64,000 nt of DNA, taken from the NCBI GenBank assembly GCA_004769085.1, contig DUDS01000044.1, positions 44,670 to 108,669 of the forward strand, written 5' to 3'. The DNA is from Candidatus Melainabacteria bacterium SSGW_16. GTDB taxonomy: Bacteria; Cyanobacteriota; Vampirovibrionia; 2-02-FULL-35-15. The translations under genes and the position numbers were made by a program. Position 1 is the stretch's first letter. The number at the start of each line of letters is the position of its first letter. A model generated the notes under the pieces. That model searched no databases. It was given only the letters and a program-made list of their open reading frames with translations, and was not told the origin of the DNA. Positions 36,925 through 45,547 of this stretch are shown in pieces.

Positions 36925-37500
36925 ATGCCAGCTATAAAAGGAAAAGTTTTTGTAATTACCGGCCCATCAGGGGTAGGAAAGGGCACTGTAGTTGAGCAGG
37001 TTTTAAAAAAAGTTGACAATATATATTTGTCAATTTCAGCTACAACAAGATCAAAAAGGAAAGGGGAACAAGAGGGGGTAAATTACTTTTATAAATCAAG
37101 AGATGAGTTTGAAAAAATGATTAAATCTGAAGAATTTCTTGAATGGGCAGAATTTGCAGGTGATTTTTACGGTACTCCAAAATTTCAGGTAAATAATTAT
37201 TTATCCTGTGGGAAGGATGTACTTCTTGAAATTGAGGTACAGGGTGCAAAACAAATCAGGGAAAAATGTCAGGATGCTGTACTAATTTTTCTGGCACCAC
37301 CATCTTTTGAAGCACTTGAAGAAAGACTAATTAAAAGACAAACTGAAACAATAGAAAAGGTCAAGGTAAGGCTGAAAAAAGCAAAACAGGAGATGAAAGA
37401 AATTAAACTTTTTCACTATATAGTTATAAATGACAAGCTGGATGAGGCTATAGATAATGTAATAAGCATAATCAGGGCAGAACGTTGTAAAATTAAGTAA
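36925..37500 (+). CDS. gmk: Guanylate kinase.
   Basis: GPSGVGKGT P-loop and the ISATTR motif. The table start at 36856 adds an implausible 23-aa extension. Confidence 0.9.
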   Translation: MPAIKGKVFVITGPSGVGKGTVVEQVLKKVDNIYLSISATTRSKRKGEQEGVNYFYKSRDEFEKMIKSEEFLEWAEFAGDFYGTPKFQVNNYLSCGKDVLLEIEVQGAKQIREKCQDAVLIFLAPPSFEALEERLIKRQTETIEKVKVRLKKAKQEMKEIKLFHYIVINDKLDEAIDNVISIIRAERCKIK

Positions 37501-37515
37501 TGGGAGAATTTAAAT

Positions 37516-37713
37516 ATGTCAATGAATAAACTACTGGGAGATTTGCTTGAAGATGCAGAAAACAGATACGGATTAATTATAAAAGTTGCACGGCTTGCAA
37601 AACAAATTAAAGAAGAAACAAAAGAGCTTGAAGGAACCACAAATCCGGTTATTCAGGCCCTACAGGAAATTGCTGCTGAAGGTGATGGAACTCTTCTTGT
37701 TGACAGTAAATAA
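37516..37713 (+). CDS. rpoZ: DNA-directed RNA polymerase subunit omega.
   Basis: 65 aa, NRYGLIIKVARLAKQI, in the conserved gmk-rpoZ-coaBC neighbourhood. Confidence 0.85.
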   Translation: MSMNKLLGDLLEDAENRYGLIIKVARLAKQIKEETKELEGTTNPVIQALQEIAAEGDGTLLVDSK

Positions 37714-37728
37714 CCAGAAGCTTTTTTA

Positions 37729-38949
37729 ATGCCAAACCAATCAAAAAACATAATACTAGGTATAAGTGCAGGCATAGCAGCATATAAAATGTACGATCTG
37801 GTAAGCGATCTCAAAAAGCTTGGTCATAATATAAATGTCGTTTTAACAAAAGATTCAATTAATTTCGTAAATGAACTGACACTTAAAGTACTATCTTCTA
37901 ATCCTGTTTTCTGCAACATGTTTGCTCCTGAACTACAGACAAAACCAATACACATAGATCTGGCTGATAGTGCTGACCTTATACTCGTGTCGCCAGCAAC
38001 CGCTGACATTATTGCAAAAATTGCAAATGGTATCTGTGACGAACTCATAACAAATATACTTCTTGCTGCAAAATGCCCTGTTTACATTGCACCTGCAATG
38101 AATACAAACATGTGGGAGCATTTTACTACCCAGAAAAACATTGAAACACTTGTAACAAAACTTGGATACAAAATAATACCTCCTGAGCAAGGCGATCTTG
38201 CATGCGGTTATACAGGTGTGGGTCACATAGCATCAAATGAAAAGATTCTGAATGCTGTCTTGAATATTAAAAAAGATAAAACAAGAGGACTGGGTACCAA
38301 AAGAGTTATCGTAACAGCAGGTGGAACAAGAGAGGCAGTAGATCCTGTAAGGTTTATAGGTAACAGAAGTTCCGGGAAGATGGGTATAGCACTAGCAGAC
38401 ATTGCATATGAAATGGGGGCCGAAGTAGTTCTTGTTTCAACCGTACCATGTGACAAACCATATCAGGTAATAGAGGTAGAATCAGCACAAGAAATGCAGG
38501 AAGTAATTGAGTCAGAATTTGACAAATCAGATGCACTTATTATGGCTGCCGCTGTAAGTGATTTCAGACCAATTACAGCTTCAAAACAAAAAATAAAAAA
38601 GAAAAATGAGGATATTGTAATTGAACTTACAAGAAACCCGGACATTCTGGAAATACTTGGAAGAACAAAACGGGATAAACAGGTCATTATCGGATTTTCT
38701 GCAGAATCAGAAGATACAGAAAAAAATGCCTGGGAAAAATTACAGAAGAAAAAAATTGATATTATCGTGGCAAATGACATAACAGTCCCGGATATCGGGT
38801 TTGGTTCTGATGAAAATGCAGTTATGATACTTACAAAAGATAAAGAAAGAGAAGTTCTGCAAAGGCAGCCAAAAACTCAGATTGCCAGACACATCTGTAA
38901 AAAACTTGCACAGATGCTAAATGAAGTAAAAGAAGCTAAAAAAGTATGA
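37729..38949 (+). CDS. coaBC: Bifunctional phosphopantothenoylcysteine decarboxylase / phosphopantothenate-cysteine ligase.
   Basis: N-terminal flavoprotein domain (ILGISAGIAAYK...PAMNTNMW) and C-terminal CoaB domain (GGTREAVDPVRFIGNRSSGKMG...AAAVSDFR). Confidence 0.9.
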   Translation: MPNQSKNIILGISAGIAAYKMYDLVSDLKKLGHNINVVLTKDSINFVNELTLKVLSSNPVFCNMFAPELQTKPIHIDLADSADLILVSPATADIIAKIANGICDELITNILLAAKCPVYIAPAMNTNMWEHFTTQKNIETLVTKLGYKIIPPEQGDLACGYTGVGHIASNEKILNAVLNIKKDKTRGLGTKRVIVTAGGTREAVDPVRFIGNRSSGKMGIALADIAYEMGAEVVLVSTVPCDKPYQVIEVESAQEMQEVIESEFDKSDALIMAAAVSDFRPITASKQKIKKKNEDIVIELTRNPDILEILGRTKRDKQVIIGFSAESEDTEKNAWEKLQKKKIDIIVANDITVPDIGFGSDENAVMILTKDKEREVLQRQPKTQIARHICKKLAQMLNEVKEAKKV

Positions 38950-39560
38950 TAAAAAATAAAAAGTTAAATTATTTAATTGTTTTTACTTTAACAATAAGTC
39001 TGTTTACATTTTCTTCTTCACAAGTTGTCCATAGTGAACTCCAGAACAAAATAACAAAGAGAAACAAAGAAAACAAAAAAGAGGATGATAAAAAAGAGGG
39101 GAAAACAAAGAAAGAACCTATAAATGAAAATGAATTTGAGCCTATACTCATTGGGATATTGCTTAATAAGCCTTCAGACTTTTTAGAAAAAAAAATTAAG
39201 TTCAGAGGGAAATTCAGCTCCTTTACAACGCTTGCCTTAGACTATAAGCCTGCTATGAGAAGTTCAAAGGACCATATTTCATTATGCCTGTTCAGACCAG
39301 ACAGTAATATTCCCTTGTCAGAACTAAAATTAGCATATGAAGTAAAAGAAGCAAAAGAAGATCCTGTAATAAAAGAACTTGAAGAGGGGGATGTGCTTGA
39401 AATATACGGAAAAGTCTTTAGTGCTGCTCTTGATGAACCATGGGTTGATATCCTTTCAATAAAAAAGATACAGTCAGCCAAACCAAAAGACTCAGATGCA
39501 AGCATAACAGAAGAAGTTAAAAAAGAAGACAAAAACACCAATTCAAAAAAGAAAAAATAA
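38946..39560 (+). CDS. Secreted Lys/Glu-rich hypothetical protein (204 aa).
   Basis: Signal peptide, then low-complexity K/E tracts. Overlaps the coaBC stop by 4 nt. Confidence 0.5.
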   Translation: MIKNKKLNYLIVFTLTISLFTFSSSQVVHSELQNKITKRNKENKKEDDKKEGKTKKEPINENEFEPILIGILLNKPSDFLEKKIKFRGKFSSFTTLALDYKPAMRSSKDHISLCLFRPDSNIPLSELKLAYEVKEAKEDPVIKELEEGDVLEIYGKVFSAALDEPWVDILSIKKIQSAKPKDSDASITEEVKKEDKNTNSKKKK

Positions 39561-39563
39561 TAA

Positions 39564-39956
39564 ATGACAGAACAGGAGCAAAACCAGCTAATAGGTGAAG
39601 TTGTTGCCAGATTAGAAAAACTTGGTGGTATTAATTACATATACTTCCTGGACAATCACAAACAAATCATCAGTGATAAGAAATTGACTGGTAATAATAA
39701 TTACCTTGATCAGGTTAAAAATATACTTGCTTCAGAAGAACTATTTAAAAAGGCAGAAAGTGCTTTTTATGAAAAAGAGTTTCACACTTATACCTTATTA
39801 AATGAAAGCGGACTTATTATCATTTCAAAATTTGGAGGGCATTTGTATATGGTAGTTATAGCAGGAGAGAATGAACCGGTAGATCTGATGAATTTATTAA
39901 AGACATGTAAAGAGTATAGGAAGAAGTTCAGCAATGTTTTAAACGAGAAGGTATAA
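39564..39956 (+). CDS. Roadblock/LC7 (MglB-like) domain protein.
   Basis: 130 aa with an alpha-beta pattern LEKLGGINYIYFLDNHKQIIS...SGLIIISKFGGHLYMVVIAGEN resembling the roadblock fold. Confidence 0.45.
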   Translation: MTEQEQNQLIGEVVARLEKLGGINYIYFLDNHKQIISDKKLTGNNNYLDQVKNILASEELFKKAESAFYEKEFHTYTLLNESGLIIISKFGGHLYMVVIAGENEPVDLMNLLKTCKEYRKKFSNVLNEKV

Positions 39957-40016
39957 CTGGATATTATTCAGATATTCTGTCATGTAATATAATTATTTAA
40001 ATAGAGGTGTAAACAA

Positions 40017-40796
40017 ATGAGCAAATCAAACACAAAACAAATTAAAAATCTTGTGTTAGTTTTAATTTTCGGTTCACTATTAACAAATTTTATCCCAGTA
40101 TTTTCACAAGGATACCAACAGCCAATACTTCCACAGGACGAATCATATGATAATGTACTTCAGCAGGATAACAATTTTCAAGATCCTGGAATAGGAACAG
40201 CTGCTCGCCCATTAAAAGGAAGAGTGGTCGTTGCACCTGCCGGATCAAAGTTTGAAGCAACACTGGCTTCTACATTAAGCTCAGGTATTAACCGCGTGGG
40301 TGATATAGTTTCAGCCACAGTTTCAGTACCACTTGTAGTAGGAGCTGATGTTTTAATTCCTGCAGGCAGCCAAGCAATAGGTCAGGTTGTAAGTGCAGTG
40401 CCAGCAAGAAGATTTCGTGCAGGCTCAGGTGGTGTTCTTGAAATTCGATTCACAGCAATTCAGACACCAGACGGACAAAGATACCCTTTAAGTGCATCTG
40501 TTGATACCACTCAGTTTAAATTACAGGCAGAAACCGGCGGATCCAGGCTGGCAAAAGGAGCAGGGAAAACAGTAGTCGGCGCAGGACTTGGAGCAGCACT
40601 GGGAACAGCTATCGGTGCAATTGCAGGCGGCATGCCAGGCCGTGGTGCATGGTCAGGTGCAGCAATCGGCGGTGGTACCGGGGCACTTACAGCACTTGCA
40701 TCAAAAGGTGCTGAACTAGTTTTAAATGGTGGCACAAGGATCCCTATACTTTTGGATCAATCACTGCAGGTTGTAGTACCACAAAGAAATCGTTAA
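40017..40796 (+). CDS. Secreted protein with a TrbI/VirB10-like beta-barrel segment and a glycine-zipper (paralogue 2).
   Basis: Signal peptide. The stretch VVAPAGSKFEATLASTLSSGINRVGDIVSATVSVPLVVGADVLIPAGSQAIGQVVS...LEIRFTAIQTPDGQRYPLSA fits the TrbI C-terminal signature. GAGLGAALGTAIGAIAGG is a glycine zipper. The 3' half is GC-rich. Confidence 0.6.
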   Translation: MSKSNTKQIKNLVLVLIFGSLLTNFIPVFSQGYQQPILPQDESYDNVLQQDNNFQDPGIGTAARPLKGRVVVAPAGSKFEATLASTLSSGINRVGDIVSATVSVPLVVGADVLIPAGSQAIGQVVSAVPARRFRAGSGGVLEIRFTAIQTPDGQRYPLSASVDTTQFKLQAETGGSRLAKGAGKTVVGAGLGAALGTAIGAIAGGMPGRGAWSGAAIGGGTGALTALASKGAELVLNGGTRIPILLDQSLQVVVPQRNR

Positions 40797-40813
40797 TTCT
40801 AACCACCCAATAA

Positions 40814-41959
40814 TTAGAATCCTAAGATCTTAGCAATCTTATCAATATCTGCTTCAACTTCATGTTCAGCAGTACCTGCATATTTAATAGCAGAATCAGG
40901 ATCTTTTAAACCATTACCAGTTAAGACGCAAACTACGGTTGATTCAGGAGCAATTTTTTTTGCTTTTGCACTTTTAATTAATCCAGCAACAGATGCAGCA
41001 CTAGCAGGTTCACATGCAACACCCTCCATTTGATGAAGGATTTTATATGATTCTATAATTTCCTCGTCTGTTACTACATCTATAAAGCCACCTGAATCTT
41101 TAGATGCCTGAACTGCCTGTTTCCAGCTGGCAGGATTTCCTATCCTGATTGCAGTAGCAATTGTTTCTGGTTTCTCAATAATTTTATTCTGAACAATTGG
41201 CGCTGCACCACTTGCTTCAAAACCAATCATCCTGGGTTTATCTTCTTTTATATATTCACAAAAACCTTTCCAGTAAGCAGTAATATTTCCTGCATTACCA
41301 ACAGGAATAGAAAGTATGTCAGGAGATCTGCCAAGCTGCTCACAAACTTCAAACGCTGCTGTTTTCTGTCCTTCTATTCTGAAGGGATTTAATGAGTTAA
41401 CCAGTGTCACTGGATATTTACTAACAATTTCTTTTACTAGTTTTAATGCTTCATCAAAATTACCTTTTACTTGAATTACTTTTGCACCATAAATCATTGC
41501 CTGAGATAGTTTACCTAAAGCAACATATCCTTTTGGTACAAGAACAAAACATTCCATCTTAAAACCATTTGCTCTTGCCCTGGCTGCATATGCAGCTGCA
41601 CTGGCACTGGTATTTCCTGTGCTTGCACAAATTATTGCTTGTGATTTTTCTTCTACTGCTTTACTTATTGCAACAGTCATTCCACGATCTTTAAAACTTC
41701 CTGTTGGATTTGCACCTTCTACTTTTAAATATACAGACAATCCTGGCACACCACATAATTTTGAAATATGGGATGCAAATACAAGCGGTGTATTTCCTTC
41801 ATTTAAAGTAACTATTGGTGTTTTGTTTGTGATAGGCAAATATGTCTGATAACAGTCAATTATGCCATTCCATGGCTGTGTAAAAATTGTGGATTTGGAT
41901 ATCACAAAGAAATATTTTAGCAGACTGGGCATGGATGAGCATTTAATGTGTGAGCCCAT
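40814..41959 (-). CDS. thrC: Threonine synthase (short, Bacillus-type). The annotated 5' end runs into the R3b element, so the real start is probably internal and may be non-ATG.
   Basis: [31 protein letters not shown] followed by the PLP-lysine [12 protein letters not shown] motif. Confidence 0.85.
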   Translation of the reverse strand: MGSHIKCSSMPSLLKYFFVISKSTIFTQPWNGIIDCYQTYLPITNKTPIVTLNEGNTPLVFASHISKLCGVPGLSVYLKVEGANPTGSFKDRGMTVAISKAVEEKSQAIICASTGNTSASAAAYAARARANGFKMECFVLVPKGYVALGKLSQAMIYGAKVIQVKGNFDEALKLVKEIVSKYPVTLVNSLNPFRIEGQKTAAFEVCEQLGRSPDILSIPVGNAGNITAYWKGFCEYIKEDKPRMIGFEASGAAPIVQNKIIEKPETIATAIRIGNPASWKQAVQASKDSGGFIDVVTDEEIIESYKILHQMEGVACEPASAASVAGLIKSAKAKKIAPESTVVCVLTGNGLKDPDSAIKYAGTAEHEVEADIDKIAKILGF

Positions 41960-42058
41960 TTACCTACATCGGTCTTCGCTCCTCTATCCAAGAACTGACG
42001 GACCCTTCGTCGCTCAGCCTGATGGGTAAACGGCCTCACTTGTAATTTGTTTACACCC
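41937..42058. promoter_or_regulatory. Conserved GC-rich structured element R3b between the divergent thrC and purQ. It is paralogous to 28893-29030.
   Basis: It shares an about 80-nt core with R3a. The closing helix GUGAGCC-CAUUUACC ... GGUAAA-C-GGCCUCAC covaries relative to R3a (GUAAGC/GCUUAC becomes GAGCC/GGCCUC). The 3' tail UUUGUUUACAC.CC is conserved in purQ/purC sense. Confidence 0.6.
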
Positions 42059-42065
42059 CTTAAAA

Positions 42066-42767
42066 ATGCTAAAATTAAACTGTATGAAATTCTCAGTAAT
42101 AATATTTCCAGGTTCAAACTGCGATGAAGACTGTATTCATGTGCTAAAAAATGTGCTCGGTCAGGAAGTAAATAAAGTTTTTCATACTGAAGAAAAGCTC
42201 CTAAAGACAGACTGTGTAGTTATACCAGGAGGATTCAGCTATGGCGATTATCTAAGATCAGGAGCTATAGCCAGGTTTTCAAATATTATTAATCCAATAA
42301 TAGATTTTGCTAACAAGGGCGGCTTAGTAATTGGTACTTGTAACGGTTTTCAAATTTTGTGTGAGGCAGGGTTATTACCTGGTGCGCTCACAACCAATAA
42401 ATCTCTAAGTTTTATTTGCGATGAAGTGTATCTTAAAATATCAAACAGTAAAACAAAATTTACAAGTGAATACAGAAATAATGAAATAATCAGACTACCA
42501 ATAGCGCATGGAGATGGACGTTATATTACAAAAGATTTAAACAAAGAACAAATCATATTTCAGTACTGCAGCAAAGATGGAATTATCAATGATAATTTTA
42601 ATCCGAACGGATCTACTGAGAATATTGCAGGAATAATAAATAAAAAAGGGAACGTGCTTGGAATGATGCCACATCCTGAAAGAGCATGTGAATCCATATT
42701 AGGGAATGAAGATGGAAAAAAACTATTTGCAAGTCTAATTAGCTCATCTATTGCCCTTGTACATTAA
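42066..42767 (+). CDS. purQ: Phosphoribosylformylglycinamidine synthase subunit PurQ (glutaminase).
   Basis: 233 aa. [14 protein letters not shown], the catalytic GTCNGFQIL cysteine motif, and the C-terminal MMPHPER. Confidence 0.9.
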   Translation: MLKLNCMKFSVIIFPGSNCDEDCIHVLKNVLGQEVNKVFHTEEKLLKTDCVVIPGGFSYGDYLRSGAIARFSNIINPIIDFANKGGLVIGTCNGFQILCEAGLLPGALTTNKSLSFICDEVYLKISNSKTKFTSEYRNNEIIRLPIAHGDGRYITKDLNKEQIIFQYCSKDGIINDNFNPNGSTENIAGIINKKGNVLGMMPHPERACESILGNEDGKKLFASLISSSIALVH

Positions 42768-44133
42768 AGAACAGATTTTTTTCAATTTGAATGTTATTGG
42801 CATATTTTGCTTTTGCAAGATTTACAGCAGCTTCTGTATTGAGAAGTCCATTACCAAACACAAAATCTTTTCCTGGCTCTCCTAAATCTTCTGCAGACTG
42901 AAACAGTATTTGCCTGACATCCTCAGAAGAAATATCCGGAGCAACAGACCAAATTAATGCTGCTGTTCCAGCTACCTGTGGAGCAGCAAATGATGTTCCT
43001 GAAACTGAGGAATACCCTGAATAAAGTGAAGTGGTATAAATAGATGCTCCAGGTGCTACAAGGGAAACATGATCTCCCAGGGTACTATATGATTCAATTT
43101 TCTTACTGGAATTTACTGCACCAACACCTATAACACCTTCAAATGCTGCCGGGTACCTAACTTCTCTCTCACCTGTATTTCCCGCAGTGGATATAATGAG
43201 TATCCCTCTTTCATTTGCTTCCTGAACTGAATCTTTCAAAACCTGTGAGAACTGACTTGTACTTAAGCTGATTTGTACAATTTTAACTCCTTCAGTATAT
43301 GTACGGTCTAACGCTTCAACCACTGTTGAAACCCTGGCCTGACCATACTCATCTGTTACCTTTATAGGTAATATTTTTGTATTCCATGAAACTCCAGCTA
43401 TACCCTGTTTATTATTTGTATTTGCTGCTATTATTCCGGATACTTCAGTTCCATGACCGATAGCATCGTTTTTGTCTTCCGGTAGAAGATTTTCACTCCC
43501 AAATATTTTTCCTTCCAAATCAGGGTGATTAGCATCAACGCCTGTATCCAGCACACCAACTACCAGCGAATTGCCTTTTGTTGTACCCCATGCTTTTGGT
43601 GCATTTATTTGTCTTAAATAGTATTGGGATGAAAAGTCACTGTCATTTGGTGTTATTTCAAGTTGATCATTCAAAACATCTCCCTCTTTTATATCATTTA
43701 CATTTTCTGCAATGTTGTTACTTTCTCCCTGTGCATTTTCATCTCTTATATTTATCTTTATGTAATTTCTCTCGTCAGAAATCTCATCCAGATAAAATTT
43801 ATAATCAGGTTCTACTGTTTTAAACAAACCGCTATTTTTTAATTCCTGTATCTTAGCAACTTTATCTTCTGAGCTGCTTAAAGGAATAACAAAGAGATTA
43901 CTTTTTACTTTTCTGTAACCAACAATTCCTGCTCTGTACATAAGCCTGTCAAGTCTCCTTCCTCGTTGAGCTTCACTAGAAGGAACAACAATCAATGAAT
44001 CATAATCATCTTCAGAATTTTCTTTTGCACTAACAGCTGAAAAACCAGGTAAAAAAGAAAAAGCAAGAAGTAAAAAGCACATTAATACCCTTAGTGCCTG
44101 TAACTTCCTGCCTGTTACTTTGTAATTTGTCAT
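42748..44133 (-). CDS. Secreted S8-family (subtilisin-like) serine peptidase.
   Basis: Catalytic triad motifs [17 protein letters not shown] and [11 protein letters not shown]. Signal peptide after the [25 protein letters not shown] start. The table's start at 44190 lies inside a GC-rich leader. Confidence 0.85.
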   Translation of the reverse strand: MTNYKVTGRKLQALRVLMCFLLLAFSFLPGFSAVSAKENSEDDYDSLIVVPSSEAQRGRRLDRLMYRAGIVGYRKVKSNLFVIPLSSSEDKVAKIQELKNSGLFKTVEPDYKFYLDEISDERNYIKINIRDENAQGESNNIAENVNDIKEGDVLNDQLEITPNDSDFSSQYYLRQINAPKAWGTTKGNSLVVGVLDTGVDANHPDLEGKIFGSENLLPEDKNDAIGHGTEVSGIIAANTNNKQGIAGVSWNTKILPIKVTDEYGQARVSTVVEALDRTYTEGVKIVQISLSTSQFSQVLKDSVQEANERGILIISTAGNTGEREVRYPAAFEGVIGVGAVNSSKKIESYSTLGDHVSLVAPGASIYTTSLYSGYSSVSGTSFAAPQVAGTAALIWSVAPDISSEDVRQILFQSAEDLGEPGKDFVFGNGLLNTEAAVNLAKAKYANNIQIEKNLFFNVQGQ

Positions 44134-44260
44134 TGTTTTGATTCGGTAACCCAGCTGCCCGTTCCGGGCCTGTAGCTTTGCGTCCTGCAATTCCTTGCAG
44201 TTTGCCCTTTCGTCAAAGGCTTAAAAATTAAGCCAAAAAAAACAAAAGTTACTTAAAGTA
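44134..44260 (-). promoter_or_regulatory. GC-rich structured 5' leader of the S8 peptidase gene.
   Basis: In gene sense it shows three hairpins: GGCUUAAUUUUUAAGCC, CUGCAA-GGAA-UUGCAG (GNRA-like loop), and GCCCG-GAA-CGGGC. It is purine-rich with GCAAAGC and GACGAAAGGG motifs shared with the other leaders. Confidence 0.45.
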
Positions 44261-44462
44261 ATCGGCTTCAAATGCGGTTATCTTGACTGTTAAATAAGCA
44301 CCAGTCTTAAAAGCGACAAAGGTAATCTGGTAGCAACCCTTAAAATCTGAAGGCTACTATGTGTAAAGTAGGGATACCCTCTGGTAAGAATCAACTAAAT
44401 TATCTAGATGAAATTTTTTACCGATTTGAGTTAAACTAATTTATATTAGAAAATTAATAAAA

Positions 44463-44957
44463 ATGCCACCGGAGGTAATTATGCTAGAACTTGAAAAAGA
44501 TCCAGAATTAAAACTTAAAGAGTTAGGGCTAACTCTACCCACTGCAGCAAAACCAGTAGCAAGTTACATTCCAGTACTTATTTATTCAGATCTTTTACTT
44601 ACCTCTGGAACCCTCCCGTTAAAAGACGGAAAAGTGGCTTACACAGGAAAAATGGGAGAAAAAAACAATCCTATTGAAATAGGTTATGAAGCGAGCAAGC
44701 TTGCTGCACTAAATTCATTAAGCGTGGTAAGAGATACTCTTGGCAGTTTATCAAAAGTAAAAAGAGTAATAAAAGTAACAGGATTTGTAAACAGTGCCTC
44801 TGGATTTACTGATCAGCCAAAAGTAGTAAACGGTGCATCAGAACTTCTTGTAAGTATTTTTGGGGAAGCAGGAAAACATGTAAGATCGGCACTGGGGGTA
44901 GCTGAGCTCCCATTAAACGCACTTGTAGAAATAGAGTTTATTTATCAGATTAAATAG
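44463..44957 (+). CDS. RidA/YjgF-family protein (reactive-intermediate deaminase-like).
   Basis: 164 aa with the pattern ...PVASYIPVLIYSDLLLTSGTLP...GVAELPLNALVEIEFIY, typical of the YjgF fold. Confidence 0.7.
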   Translation: MPPEVIMLELEKDPELKLKELGLTLPTAAKPVASYIPVLIYSDLLLTSGTLPLKDGKVAYTGKMGEKNNPIEIGYEASKLAALNSLSVVRDTLGSLSKVKRVIKVTGFVNSASGFTDQPKVVNGASELLVSIFGEAGKHVRSALGVAELPLNALVEIEFIYQIK

Positions 44958-44975
44958 AAGTGATAAAATTTATCC

Positions 44976-45494
44976 ATGAACAATTCCTTCTGCCCAATCA
45001 CATATATTAAACAAAAACCTCAGTTGTTTTTTATATTACTAACTCTTATAATTGGAACTTTATCTCTTTACGGATATTCCCAATACTACAAGAAATCATT
45101 CCTATCAGCAATTTTAATAAATAAGATAGATCTTTCTAATCCTCCTGATTCGATTCTTGCAATATCAAGCCAGGACCAGAAACTATCTGAAGGAAAAATT
45201 CTTCCAAGAGGTACAAAATTTACCGGTAGACTTGTGAAAGAAGGGAATAACTATTTAATATATTTTGAAGACATACAAACATCAGCAGGTAATAAACTTG
45301 GACTTTCCGGAAAAACAAATTTAAATATAAGCCTATCCCAATATACCGGTGGTGTTTCAGCAAAAATCAGCAAAACAATACATCAGCAAACCCAGTCCAA
45401 TGTAATAGGTGCAATTTTTAAAAACTCCGGGACATCCAATAGCCCAGGAAGTATTTTAGAAAGAGGTACCCTGCTAAAAATAGAAGTTTACTAA
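44976..45494 (+). CDS. Secreted TrbI/VirB10-like segment protein (paralogue 3, short).
   Basis: Signal/anchor, then ILPRGTKFTGRLVKEGNNYLIYFEDIQTSAGNKLGLSG matching the same liPaG..f.G motif as the other two paralogues. Confidence 0.5.
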   Translation: MNNSFCPITYIKQKPQLFFILLTLIIGTLSLYGYSQYYKKSFLSAILINKIDLSNPPDSILAISSQDQKLSEGKILPRGTKFTGRLVKEGNNYLIYFEDIQTSAGNKLGLSGKTNLNISLSQYTGGVSAKISKTIHQQTQSNVIGAIFKNSGTSNSPGSILERGTLLKIEVY

Positions 45495-45547
45495 AAATAC
45501 CCTAGTCTGGTTTGTGGTTTACTATAAAATGATATTATTAGTTTAAA

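Noticed and set aside
41917-42117. A 66-aa minus-strand ORF spanning the thrC-purQ intergenic region.
   Set aside because: It covers the conserved GC-rich R3b element. Its Arg-rich product reflects the GC-rich repeat, and the paralogous copy R3a has no equivalent ORF.
44121-44131. An 11-mer TTGTAATTTGT shared between the purQ leader tail (42040-42050) and the S8 peptidase N-terminal coding region.
   Set aside because: A single short AT-rich match inside a coding region of an AT-rich genome is within chance expectation.
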